From: Vulcanimicrobiota bacterium
GTDB taxonomy: Bacteria > Vulcanimicrobiota > Vulcanimicrobiia > Vulcanimicrobiales > Vulcanimicrobiaceae
Assembly (NCBI GenBank): GCA_963795855.1
Contig: CAWCIZ010000001.1
Span: 352,001 to 416,000, forward strand
DNA length: 64,000 nucleotides
Direction of reading: 5' to 3'
In this document: piece by piece, positions 30,150 through 39,897 of the stretch
Layout of the letters: the number at the start of each line of letters is the position of its first letter
How positions within the stretch are numbered: the first letter of the stretch is position 1
The notes under the pieces: generated by a model
What the model saw: the letters and a program-made list of their open reading frames with translations, nothing else
Told to the model about the DNA's origin: nothing
The model's database searches: none
Position numbers and translations under genes: made by a program

Positions 30150-31799
30150 GTGGAGCAGGTCTACCTCATAGCCAGGGAAGCACCGGCGGCACACGCGCGC
30201 GTGGAGGCGCTGGTCCGCGAGCATCAGGTGAAACTTGCCCGCTACGTGCGCCGCATGGTCGGGGATGCCGACGTTGCGCTCGACATCGTGCAAGACGTCT
30301 TTTTCGCGGCGTACCGGACGCTGCAGGCGGACGCGGCGCGGCCGCTCACGGCAGGCTGGCTCTACAAGACCGCCACCAACACCTCGATATCATTTTTACG
30401 GAGGAAGAAGATTCTGCGATTCATGCCGCTCGAGCGCGATCCCGACGTGCGTTCGCTGCGCATCGACGAGCGCAGTGCCGCATCGCTCGATCTGCAGGCG
30501 GCTATGCAGCGTCTTCCGGCCGATCAGGCCGCCGCAATCATGCTCACCAGCTACGCCGGGTATTCATCGGCGGAAGCCGCGGCCATCCTCGGCACGACGG
30601 CGGATGCGGTGCGGCAGCGTGTCTGCCGCGCGATGCGCACGCTGCGGGCGGTAATGGCGGAGAGTGACGTGAAATCGAATCTGCACGATCGCATCGAAGC
30701 GATCGCCGGCGCTATAGCGCTCGGTGAAGCCGCCGACGAAGAACGGCGGCATTATCGCGAGCACATCGCCGCGTGCGCGACGTGCCTGCGCGCCTTGGGC
30801 GGTGAGCGCGAGATCGAACGCGTCGCGAGCACCGTTGCATTCGCGCGCGACGAAGAGATTTGGGAGCCGAACCTCGGCGACGTGGTTGGCGCCCGTGCGC
30901 GCGGGCGAGCCCGCGCGCTGCGCTGGAGCGCCGGCGCCGCCGGCCTCGCGATAGCCGCCTCCTTCGGCATCCACCTCGTCTTCGCGGCCGCGGTACCGCG
31001 CATGAACCCCGCGCTCGGTGCGCCGGTCGTCATCAACGCGGGCCCGACGCGCATCGTTCTGGAGCAAAACACCGCCGCGCAGAAACCCGCTCCGCCGGCT
31101 CCGGCTACGCAGCGCCGTATGATCGTAACGCACAATGTGGTACAGATTGGGCGCGCGCCGGATGTCGCGCCGATTGGTGAATCGACGCTCTCCGCAAGAG
31201 TCGAAAGCAAACCGCGCGCGCTCGTGGCAATCACGGTGCATCCCGATCCGACGGCCGCACCGCCCGCGGCTCGCGACAACGTTCCGCCGTGGCGCCGCAA
31301 CAGTGCGTCCTGGCACACGGTTGCGCGAACGACGACCACCTCGGTTACCGAAACTGCGCCGCAAAGCCTGATGCACAGCGCCGAGTCGTTACAACTCGCC
31401 GCGCCTTACACCACGCGCGAAGTCGCGCCGGTCGGCGGCGACGCGGCAATCAATCCGCAGCCGCCGATGATCGCGTATGACGAAGGGGCGGAAGGCACGA
31501 CGGTGTTCGAAGTGCTCGTCGACGAACGCGGCATGCCGACGAAGTGCGTCATTACGAAGCCCGCGGGGTATCCGATTCTCGACGACGCGGTGTGCAAAGC
31601 CGCAATGAAAGCGCGCTATACGCCGAAGCTGGTCGACGGGCGTCCCGCCGCCGGCGTGTATCACGATGCATTCACGTTTCACATGAGCGATCAGGCCTCG
31701 TCCAACATCAACGGCGTGCGATCGCCGATTCCGGACCAAATGCTTCCGCAGCGCCCGCGCACGCCGGGGAGCGATCCAGGCGGCAATCCGGGCGGTTAA
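30150..31799 (+). CDS. ECF sigma factor in frame with a zinc anti-sigma (HxxxCxxC), TM and TonB C-terminal domain (possibly two genes)
   Basis: Sigma region 2 (DIVQDVF..WLYKTA) and region 4, EHIAACATC, TM, Pro-rich linker, EGTTVFEVLVDERG...LDDAV..AAMKARYTP. Confidence 0.8.
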   Translation: MEQVYLIAREAPAAHARVEALVREHQVKLARYVRRMVGDADVALDIVQDVFFAAYRTLQADAARPLTAGWLYKTATNTSISFLRRKKILRFMPLERDPDVRSLRIDERSAASLDLQAAMQRLPADQAAAIMLTSYAGYSSAEAAAILGTTADAVRQRVCRAMRTLRAVMAESDVKSNLHDRIEAIAGAIALGEAADEERRHYREHIAACATCLRALGGEREIERVASTVAFARDEEIWEPNLGDVVGARARGRARALRWSAGAAGLAIAASFGIHLVFAAAVPRMNPALGAPVVINAGPTRIVLEQNTAAQKPAPPAPATQRRMIVTHNVVQIGRAPDVAPIGESTLSARVESKPRALVAITVHPDPTAAPPAARDNVPPWRRNSASWHTVARTTTTSVTETAPQSLMHSAESLQLAAPYTTREVAPVGGDAAINPQPPMIAYDEGAEGTTVFEVLVDERGMPTKCVITKPAGYPILDDAVCKAAMKARYTPKLVDGRPAAGVYHDAFTFHMSDQASSNINGVRSPIPDQMLPQRPRTPGSDPGGNPGG

Positions 31800-31809
31800 C
31801 GAACCCGAT

Positions 31810-32337
31810 CTAGTCGACGGACTTCCGGAAGAACGCGAGCATCTTCTCGGGTTCGGGCATGATTCTGAACTCTTCGAACCCCCACGTTTTCGCCTGACGA
31901 AGCGCGCGATTGTCGTTCATCGGCAAGAGAAACGTGAGCGTCTTCACGTTGCGTTTGGCGGCGATGCGCTGCACTTCTTCGACCAGACGGTTTCCGACTT
32001 CGGGCGGCGCTCCCTGACGCAGGCGTAAGCCTTCCATCATCGCAACGTCCATGCCGTTCGCCGCTTCCGCATCTTGGTAACCCGGAGGGAACGCGAACAC
32101 GAGCTGAACCATGCCGAGAATGCCGGTGTGATCTTCGGCGACGACGATGACGCGCCGTCCGGCCTGTTGTTCCGACAGCCATTTCATGATGCGCTGCGGC
32201 CAAGTTTCGCGTTTGGGCTGCGGGCCGGTAATGACTTGCCCGCTGAGCAGACGCTGCGCGTCCGACTGCTGAGCGAAGCGCAGATAGATTTTGCTGGTCG
32301 GCACATCGGTTTGTTTGCCAAGTGGGGAGAAATGCAC
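31810..32337 (-). CDS. GNAT-fold acetyltransferase-like protein
   Basis: VIVVAED..ILGMVQL...VGNRLVEEV...NRAL...WGF. Alternative start GTG at 32304. Confidence 0.65.
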   Translation of the reverse strand: MHFSPLGKQTDVPTSKIYLRFAQQSDAQRLLSGQVITGPQPKRETWPQRIMKWLSEQQAGRRVIVVAEDHTGILGMVQLVFAFPPGYQDAEAANGMDVAMMEGLRLRQGAPPEVGNRLVEEVQRIAAKRNVKTLTFLLPMNDNRALRQAKTWGFEEFRIMPEPEKMLAFFRKSVD

Positions 32338-32394
32338 CTTTCCCCGCGGATCCTCCGGCAGTTATTCCGACGTTCGATGGCAAATCGCGGGCGA

Positions 32395-32742
32395 ATGTCG
32401 CTTCGCACTGCGGTCGCCTTGCTGGCCTTGCTCGCGTCGGCCTATGCCCTCGCGGATTGCAGCCGGCACGCTTCGCGCTCGCCATCGCCCGTTGCGAGCG
32501 TCGCCGGCGCAAACCTCGTTCGAGGCAAAGCGGTTTACGAGCTGCAATGCGCGGCGTGCCACGGCGAACGCGGCGTGCACGGTCCGGTCGGGCCGCCGCT
32601 GCGCAACGAAGCGCTTCACAAACGGTATCGGCAGGTGTACGCGATCGTGGCCGATCCCGCGCCGCCGATGCCCAAACTCTATCCCAGCCGCATGAGTGAA
32701 AGCGACGTGCGCGACGTAAGCGCGTACGTGGAGTCGCTCTGA
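32395..32742 (+). CDS. Monoheme c-type cytochrome
   Basis: Signal peptide, CAACH, GP.L, distal PMP. Confidence 0.88.
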   Translation: MSLRTAVALLALLASAYALADCSRHASRSPSPVASVAGANLVRGKAVYELQCAACHGERGVHGPVGPPLRNEALHKRYRQVYAIVADPAPPMPKLYPSRMSESDVRDVSAYVESL

Positions 32743-34184
32743 TGGCGATTGCGATTCACCGGTTTGCGCGCGATTTGCGCCTGGACGAACACGCGGCTCT
32801 CGCGGCCGCCGCATCGCATGGCGAAGTGCTTCCGGTGCTGATTGTGGATCGCTCGCTGCAAACGCGGCTCTCCGCGTCGCCGCGGCGCGCCGCATTCTTT
32901 TGCGGCGCCGTTGCATCGCTCGACGCCGCGCTGCGGGAACGCCGAGCGAAACTCATCGTGCGGCGCGGCAGCACGGGACGGATTCTACGCAAACTGGCGC
33001 GGGCGTGCGGTGCGCACGCCGTAACGTGGAGCGCGAGTTTCGATCGCGCCGGTATGGAAGCGGATCAGCGGCTCCAGTCGGAATTGGAAGAGCACGGGCT
33101 GCGCGCGTTGTCCGTTCCGGACGCCACGGCGCTCTCGCCCGAGGAAACGACGGCGGCGCGTCCGTCCGCGGGTGACGGTTACCGTGCGTTCGTGCCGTAT
33201 CACGAGCTGTGGCGCTCGCTGGAACCGCCGTCGTACGAAGTGCCGTTGCTGCTCTCGTTCGCGCGAAGCGAGGTGGAAAGCGAGCCGCTTCCGCAGCCGT
33301 CGGAATTCGGCAGCAGCGTTTGCGCGATCGCCGCCGGCGCGATGCAGGCGGCGAATCGGCTCGATACGTTTCTGCGCGGCGACGCGCTGCAGTACGCGTT
33401 CGCGATGAACGTCCCCGCGGACGATCGCACCTCGCATCTCGCGGCCGACCTTTCGTTCGGAACGATTGCCGCGCGCACCGTCGCGCGGGAAGCGCGTAAG
33501 CGCCTCGACGATCCGTTTCTGCTCGCGGAAGAGCGGAATTCGCTCAAGCTGTTTCTGCGATCGATCGCGATGCGCGATTTCTTTTTGCAGCTGTCCTGGT
33601 ACAACCCGCATACGGACGGCGCGCCGCTGCAGGAGAAGATGCGCGATTTTCCGTTCGCGCGGAACCACGCGTCACTGCAAGCGTGGCGTGAAGGGCGAAC
33701 GGGCTATCCGCTCATCGATGCGGGGATCCGGCAATTGCGCGAGACCGGTTGGATGCACCCGCGCGTGCGGTCCATCGCCGCGTCGTTCTTGTGCTTCGAT
33801 CTCGGCGTCGATTGGCGCGCCGGACTCGAAGAATGGGATCGGCATCTGATTGAAGACGATCTCGCGCTGGCCGTAGGAAACTGGCAATGGGTCGCGGGCG
33901 TCGGTGCCGACCTGGCCGCATATCCGCGCATCTACAATCCGCAGAAGCAGGCACGTCGATTCGACCCCGACGGCGTGTACGTGCGCGCGTGGATCGACGA
34001 ACTCGCGCACTTGCCGGCCGCCGCGATCGGCGCGGTGAGAACCGCGAGCGCGCAAATCGAGCTGCCGCTCTACAGCGGGCAGCCCTATCCGCAACCGGTT
34101 GTCGACCACGAACGCGCGGCGCGCGAATTCTTGGCGAAGTATCAGACGTTCATGCAGGCATCCGATCGTCCAGCCAGTCGCTGA
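32742..34184 (+). CDS. phrB: DNA photolyase/cryptochrome family protein
   Basis: RDLRLDEH, W.EGRTGYPLIDAGIRQL..TGWMHPRVR, GNWQW, FDPDG.YVR.W. Confidence 0.9.
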   Translation: MAIAIHRFARDLRLDEHAALAAAASHGEVLPVLIVDRSLQTRLSASPRRAAFFCGAVASLDAALRERRAKLIVRRGSTGRILRKLARACGAHAVTWSASFDRAGMEADQRLQSELEEHGLRALSVPDATALSPEETTAARPSAGDGYRAFVPYHELWRSLEPPSYEVPLLLSFARSEVESEPLPQPSEFGSSVCAIAAGAMQAANRLDTFLRGDALQYAFAMNVPADDRTSHLAADLSFGTIAARTVAREARKRLDDPFLLAEERNSLKLFLRSIAMRDFFLQLSWYNPHTDGAPLQEKMRDFPFARNHASLQAWREGRTGYPLIDAGIRQLRETGWMHPRVRSIAASFLCFDLGVDWRAGLEEWDRHLIEDDLALAVGNWQWVAGVGADLAAYPRIYNPQKQARRFDPDGVYVRAWIDELAHLPAAAIGAVRTASAQIELPLYSGQPYPQPVVDHERAAREFLAKYQTFMQASDRPASR

Positions 34185-34740
34185 TGATCGGAACGCGCAC
34201 GTCGTCGCCGTGCCACGCTTTGATTCCGTAGTAAACGCTCATCACGATGAAGACCGGCAGCACGAACGCGAGCATCAAACCGGCGCTTAGTCCGAGCAGC
34301 GGAATGCCCGCGAGCAGCATCAGCACGCCGTAAAGCGCGGCCATGCCCACGTTGAAGCCGAGCGCCTGATATGCGTGGCGCCGCAGACGGCGGGATTGCT
34401 TGCGATCGAAGAGCGAGAGCAGCGCGAGCGGCCAAAGCGGATAGCCCAGCGCGACGAGTGCTCGCGATTCGACGGGATCGTCCGCTTCCGCTACGGTCGC
34501 GCGAGCCTGCGGTGCCGGCTGCTGGGTTTGCTGCGGACCGGCCTGCCACCACTGCTGCCGGGGACGCGGTGGAACCTCGCCCGCCACCGCTTTCTTGGTC
34601 GCGCCCGCCGCTTCCATCTTCGCCGCTAAACGACAGCTGGGGCAGGTACCGGCGTTGTCCCGGCACGTCGCGCAAATCGGTTTGCCGCAGTCGGTGCATG
34701 CGGAGACGGACGGAACGTTTGAATGAAAGTAGCAATCCAC
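34150..34740 (-). CDS. B-box-like zinc finger plus DUF4870-like membrane protein
   Basis: CYFH..C..CGKPIC..C...C..C followed by three TM helices. Confidence 0.7.
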   Translation of the reverse strand: MDCYFHSNVPSVSACTDCGKPICATCRDNAGTCPSCRLAAKMEAAGATKKAVAGEVPPRPRQQWWQAGPQQTQQPAPQARATVAEADDPVESRALVALGYPLWPLALLSLFDRKQSRRLRRHAYQALGFNVGMAALYGVLMLLAGIPLLGLSAGLMLAFVLPVFIVMSVYYGIKAWHGDDVRVPIISDWLDDRMPA

Positions 34741-34826
34741 GTTGTTTCTCCCGGTTGGCCTTCTCTCCAATGTACCGGAAAGGCGCCGAGAGGTTTCAGG
34801 GCGCTGCGGCGGCAAGGCAATCGCCG

Positions 34827-36563
34827 ATGACCGCCCGAGGAATTCTCGCGCGCCTCGCGCGCGATGCGCGTCCTTACTCCGCGACGCTGGCAATCGCCAT
34901 CGCTCTCGGCACGGTCGCCGGCCTCTCGAATTTGGTTGGGCCGTGGGGGTTCAACCAAATCATCAACCGCGTCATCACCGCGAAGCATCCGGATCTGCAC
35001 GTGCTCTACGTTGCGCTCTTTGCGATCTTCTGCGCGATGATTCTGGGTGCCATCGCCACCTACGGGCAGTCCTATTTGATGGCCTGGAGCGGGCAGCACC
35101 TAATCGCGCAGATGCGCGCACGCTTGTTCGAACGCATCCTGCGCTTGCCGCTCGGAGAGTTCGCGAAGTGGCGGCCCGGCGATCTCATCGCACGTTTCAA
35201 CAGCGACCTGCAGATCATGACGGACGCCGTCACCATCTCGCTGCCGCAGCTGCTCACCAACACGGTGACGTTCGTTTCGTCATTCGTGCTGATGGTGTAT
35301 ATGGATTGGCTGCTGACGTGTTCGCTGATCGTCGTCGCGCCGATCGTTTCGTTCGCGGTTTCGCGCTTTCAGCGGCTGATCTCCACCAACACGACGCGTT
35401 CGCAGCAGCGCATCGCCGATCTCTCCTCAACGCTGACGGAAGCGCTCACGGGCCAGCGGATCATCAAAGCATTCGGGCGCGAAAGTTACGAAGCGGAGCG
35501 GTTCGGACGGCGCAACGATGAGTATTTCGGCGTCTACATGAAACTCACGCAGTTCATCCAGACGCAGCCGCTCGTGCTTTCCGTCCTGATGACGACCGCG
35601 GTGGTGGGCATCATCTGGCTCTCGACGCGCGAGGTGGTGGTCGGGCGGCTCAACGTCGGCGAACTCTTTCAGTATTGGGCGCTGCTCGCGAATCTGATCA
35701 ATCCGATGAATCGCTTCGCTGCGTTCGTCGGAGACTTGAGTAAGGCGGTCGTCGGCGCGGGACGCGTCTACGAAGTGCTGGACCTCCCCGTGGAACGCGC
35801 CGACAAACCCGGCGCGCTGCCGCTCCAGAACGTGCGGGGGCGGATCGTGTTCGAAGACGTCCGTTTCGCGTACTCAGCGAACGAGCCGCCCGTCCTCGAC
35901 CAGTTCAGCGCCGAAATCGAAGCGGGCGAGATCGTCGCGCTGGTGGGACCGTCCGGCGCGGGCAAGACGACGATCGTCAATCTCGTGCCGCGCTTCTACG
36001 AGCCGCAAAACGGACGCATCACGATCGACGGCGTCGATTTGGCGCAGGCGCGGCTAGCAGATCTGCGCGCGTCGATCGGCATCGTCCCGCAAGAAGCGCA
36101 GCTGTTCCGTGGCACCATTCAGGACAACATTCGGTACGGCCGGCTCGAGGCTACCGACGAAGAGGTCCGCAGCGCCGCGCGGGAAGCGAACGCCGAGGAA
36201 TTCATCCTCGGTTTTCCGGACGGGTACGGCACCGAAGTCGGCGAACGCGGGATGCGCCTTTCCGGCGGCCAGCGTCAGCGTATCGCCATCGCGCGCGCGA
36301 TCTTACGCGATCCGCGCATCCTGATTCTGGACGAGGCGACGAGCGCGCTGGACAGCCATTCGGAAGCGCTCATCGAGCAGGCCCTCGACCGGCTCCTGCC
36401 GGGGCGCACCACCCTCATCATCGCGCACCGGCTCTCGACGATCCGCAGGGCGCACACCATCCTCTATATTGAAGCGGGGCGCGTGGTCGAGATGGGATCG
36501 CACGAGTCGCTGCTGGCCAAGGGCGGCGCGTACGCGCGCCTGCACGCGACGCAGTTCGCTTAA
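34827..36563 (+). CDS. MsbA-like ABC exporter (TMD plus NBD)
   Basis: Six-TM domain, GPSGAGKTT, LSGGQRQR, ILDEATSALD. Confidence 0.93.
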   Translation: MTARGILARLARDARPYSATLAIAIALGTVAGLSNLVGPWGFNQIINRVITAKHPDLHVLYVALFAIFCAMILGAIATYGQSYLMAWSGQHLIAQMRARLFERILRLPLGEFAKWRPGDLIARFNSDLQIMTDAVTISLPQLLTNTVTFVSSFVLMVYMDWLLTCSLIVVAPIVSFAVSRFQRLISTNTTRSQQRIADLSSTLTEALTGQRIIKAFGRESYEAERFGRRNDEYFGVYMKLTQFIQTQPLVLSVLMTTAVVGIIWLSTREVVVGRLNVGELFQYWALLANLINPMNRFAAFVGDLSKAVVGAGRVYEVLDLPVERADKPGALPLQNVRGRIVFEDVRFAYSANEPPVLDQFSAEIEAGEIVALVGPSGAGKTTIVNLVPRFYEPQNGRITIDGVDLAQARLADLRASIGIVPQEAQLFRGTIQDNIRYGRLEATDEEVRSAAREANAEEFILGFPDGYGTEVGERGMRLSGGQRQRIAIARAILRDPRILILDEATSALDSHSEALIEQALDRLLPGRTTLIIAHRLSTIRRAHTILYIEAGRVVEMGSHESLLAKGGAYARLHATQFA

Positions 36564-36587
36564 GAAGCGGCCGCTCGCGGCCGATAG
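36561..36587 (+). promoter_or_regulatory. sigma28 (FliA/SigD)-type promoter of flgB
   Basis: TAAG-N15-GCCGATAG. Confidence 0.7.
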
Positions 36588-36593
36588 TCTAGG

Positions 36594-37031
36594 GTGATGA
36601 GCGACATCAACGCCGTCTCCTTCGGTCAAACGGTCGACACGCTGAACAATGCGATCGCCGGCTCCGATCTGCAGCAAACGGCCATCGCGCAGAACATCGC
36701 CAACGTGAACACGCCCGGATATTTGCGGCAAAGCGTTTCGTTCAAGGACGCCCTGGCCGCGGCAGAAGGCGATTCGACCGGCGACGATTTAGGCATGGCG
36801 ACCGACAGCGACCGGCAGTTCGCGCTGGGTTCGCAAGCCGCGCCGCAGCCGTTCGACCCGCAAGTGCAAGTGGACGCGACGGACAAGATGCGCGTGGACG
36901 GCAGCAACGTCGACGTCGATCAAGAGTCGGCCGAACTGGCGCAAAACTCCGGCTATTCGCAGACGATGTCGCAGCTGCTGCAAGTGCAATTCATGCGCCT
37001 GCGTGAAGCGATCACGGAGCAACCGCGATAG
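36594..37031 (+). CDS. flgB: Flagellar basal-body rod protein FlgB
   Basis: IAQNIANVNTPGY, DGSNVDVDQE. Confidence 0.93.
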   Translation: MMSDINAVSFGQTVDTLNNAIAGSDLQQTAIAQNIANVNTPGYLRQSVSFKDALAAAEGDSTGDDLGMATDSDRQFALGSQAAPQPFDPQVQVDATDKMRVDGSNVDVDQESAELAQNSGYSQTMSQLLQVQFMRLREAITEQPR

Positions 37032-37475
37032 ATGGGGTTCTACAACTCGGTCGAGATTAGCGCGTCCGGCCTCTCCGCCGAACGCCTCGCCATGGACGTC
37101 ATCGCGAACAACATTGCCAACGCGAATACAACGCACACGCCGGGCGGCGGCGCGTTCAAACGCCAACTAGTCGTGTTCGGACAGAAATCCGGCGTCGCCG
37201 GCGAAACCGCCGACGGCGACGGCGCGACGGCCAACGGCGGGCAAGACGGCGTGCAGGTTCTGGGCATCGTACAAGATCAGACGCCCGACCGCCTCGTCTT
37301 CGATCCGAGCAATCCCGATGCGGACGCGCGCGGATACGTGCACTATCCGAACATTTCGGTCGTCAAGGAAATGGTCGACATGATGGCCGCCTCGCGCGCA
37401 TATGAAGCGAACGTTTCGGCAATGCAGGAAGCGCGCAACATGACCAACGCCGCGCTCAGAATCCTCCAGTCGTAA
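37032..37475 (+). CDS. flgC: Flagellar basal-body rod protein FlgC
   Basis: ISASGLSAER..NIANA, YPNI..EMVDMMAASRAYEAN. Confidence 0.95.
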   Translation: MGFYNSVEISASGLSAERLAMDVIANNIANANTTHTPGGGAFKRQLVVFGQKSGVAGETADGDGATANGGQDGVQVLGIVQDQTPDRLVFDPSNPDADARGYVHYPNISVVKEMVDMMAASRAYEANVSAMQEARNMTNAALRILQS

Positions 37476-37485
37476 AGGGGAATCC

Positions 37486-37830
37486 GTGGATATCAATTCG
37501 TCGTACGACGCAGCAATGCGCAGCGCCATTCCGGGCACCTTCGTGCCCGACATCGGCAGCGGAAACGACGTCAAAACCGAGGCGATTCCGGGCGGCGCCG
37601 CAGTCGGCGCTCCATCGTTCAAGGATACCGTCAAGTCGTTCTTGTCGGACGTGAACGACAAGGTAACCTCGTCGGATCAGCTCTCGCGCGATTTGGCCAG
37701 CGGCCGCACGAACGACGTCAGCAAAGTGGTCACGTCGGTGGAAGAAGCGAATTTGGCCATGCAGTTCACGCTCGCGATCCGCAACAAACTGCTGGACGCG
37801 TACACGCAAGTCTCACAAATGCAGGTCTGA
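37486..37830 (+). CDS. fliE: Hook-basal body protein FliE
   Basis: IRNKLLDAY...QMQV. Confidence 0.92.
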   Translation: MDINSSYDAAMRSAIPGTFVPDIGSGNDVKTEAIPGGAAVGAPSFKDTVKSFLSDVNDKVTSSDQLSRDLASGRTNDVSKVVTSVEEANLAMQFTLAIRNKLLDAYTQVSQMQV

Positions 37831-37885
37831 CCCCTTCCCGGCGCCTATGAAGTAACGCGCCGGTGAAAGGGGTACGAGACCAAGC

Positions 37886-39458
37886 GTGTTACTTGAGCGC
37901 CCGATGCGGGCCGAGCATGGAGAGGTCCGGACCCAGGCGCAGGGGCGCGTCCTGGCGCGCTACATCCCTTGGATCGCAGCCGGCTTAACGCTGGCCCTGC
38001 ACGTAGGAGGCAACCCGCACTACGGGTTCTTCCGCGACGAGATCTACTTCATCATCTGCGGCTTTCGTCCGGACGTCGGTTACGTCGATCAGCCCTCGCT
38101 CGTTCCGCTGCTCGCCGCGTTCTCGCAAGGATTCGGGGTCTCGCTCTTCGCGCTGCGCGTCATGCCCGCAATCTTTGCAGCGCTCACGACGTTCGTCGCG
38201 GCGCGGCTTGCAATCGAGTTCGGCGGCGGCCGCTTCGCCATCATCATCGCGGCGCTCGTGACGACGTTCGCACCGGAGATGCTGGCGTTCGGATCGCGCC
38301 TTTCGCCCGACACGATCGAAATGGCGGTTTGGCCTTTGATGGCGCTGGTCGCGTACCGCATCGTGCGCGGCGGAGACGAGCGATTGTGGCTGCTCTTCGG
38401 GCTGCTCACGGCGTTCGGCTGGTGGAGTAAGTACAGCGTCGCATTTTTCGCGGCGGCGCTCGTGATCGGACTGCTGCTCACCCCGCAGCGCCGCGTCTTG
38501 CGTACGCCATGGTTCGGCGTATGGACTTGCGTTGTGCGCGCTCCTGATCGCTCCGAACGTTTGGTGGCAATGGCACTACGATTTCCCGATGCTGCAGCTG
38601 CTGCACAACGACTACGACAAGTTCATGCTCAAATGGCCGCCGTTCCCGCTGCAGCAAATCATGGTGATGAGCCCGCTGCTCTCCATCGTTTGGCTGATCG
38701 GCCTCGGATGGCTGTTCGCCAATGTGCGCACGCGGTTTCTGGCATACGCATACGCGGCGTTGATCGCAATGATGTGGGCCGGCGATGCTAAGGCGTATTA
38801 CCCTGCACCGGTTTATGCGTATCTGATCGCGGCGGGCGCCGTGCCGATCGAGCGCTGGACCGGCATCCGGCACGGATGGCGCGCGGCAATCGTCGCCGTG
38901 GTTATCGCGTTCGCAATTCCGTCCACGCCGTTCGTGCTGCCGATCGTGCCTATGACCACATACATAAAATATCAAGTGGTGCTCGGCAATCTCTTCCATA
39001 TCAATTTTCACGTCGGCGACGCCGGCAATGCGACGCCGATTCAGTACTACGCCGACATGACCGGCTGGCCGCAGCTCGAACAGCGAGTCGCGGACGTTTA
39101 CCGCGGTTTACCGCCGTCCGAACGCGCCGGCGCCGCGATCTACGCGCACAACTTCGGTGAGGCTGCGGCGATCGATCTGTACGGCGCCGCCGAGAAACTT
39201 CCGCCCGCGCTGAGCGGCAACAACAACTACTGGCTTTGGGGCACGCATGGGTACACCGGCGCCGTCGTAATCGACGTCAACGGGCGCGAACTGCTGCCGT
39301 ACTACCGTTCCGTGCAAAGCGTCGGCACATTCTACAACCCGCTGGCGATGCCGTACGAAAACAATCTCCCGATCTGGATCCTGCGCGACCCGAAAGTCCC
39401 GCTTTCTGCAATCTGGCCCCATCTCAAGAACTATTCCTACGCTTTCGGCGGCCTGTGA
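37886..39458 (+). CDS. GT39/ArnT-like membrane glycosyltransferase (frameshift near 38520)
   Basis: FRDEIYF, GYVDQP, SKY, PNVWWQ, NFGEAAA, SGNNNYWLWG; multi-TM. Confidence 0.85.
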
Positions 39459-39462
39459 TGTG

Positions 39463-39698
39463 CGCTCGTATGCCGTCGCGTGCGGGTGGGCAGGCGACAT
39501 GTTGAGGCGGGAACATGGCCCGATCGACCTCCTGTCGAGCGGGCCATTCAGGACATCCGGATTTTTTCGAAAACAAGTTTTGTAACGGACCTCCTGTCCG
39601 GCGAAAAAATCCGGAACGTCCCGCCTCAACACGCCGCCCGCCCACCCGCACGCTGCGGCACACTCGCTTGGTGGTGAAGCGCAGAAACGTTCCGAACC
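39463..39698 (-). ncRNA. Putative structured sRNA 1 with two AGGAG hairpin loops (candidate CsrA sponge)
   Basis: A 33-bp stem (39480-39512 with 39619-39651) has three mismatches, all G-U pairs on the minus strand. Inner hairpins have AGGAG loops at 39529-39533 and 39591-39595. A sigma28-like promoter lies upstream. Ends are approximate. Confidence 0.7.
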
Positions 39699-39704
39699 CT
39701 CTTG

Positions 39705-39731
39705 TAGTCGGCTTGTCACGCGTTGCACTTG
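39705..39731 (-). promoter_or_regulatory. sigma28-like promoter pointing into sRNA 1
   Basis: Minus strand CAAG-N15-GCCGACTA. Confidence 0.55.
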
Positions 39732-39897
39732 CTCGCGGGTTTTCTTCATTGTTTTTGCTCTCCGCTCTAACCGCGCTCATTCAAAAAAAGACGTCTCCGT
39801 AGTGATTGCGCGTTCGGCCATTCTTCATTTTGCAGGCTCCGTTATTTGTAAATTTTCTTGAACGGAACATCGATCGGCATGTGGGCACCGCTTGGCG

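Noticed and set aside
39463..39698. 6S RNA, hammerhead ribozyme or known riboswitch
   Set aside because: The size is 6S-like but the core is multibranched rather than an open bubble. No CUGANGA/GAAA hammerhead core or recognisable aptamer was found by eye. An Rfam search is still needed.
39730..39870. AT-rich spacer as oriC or dif
   Set aside because: No DnaA boxes or XerC/D dif consensus were seen.
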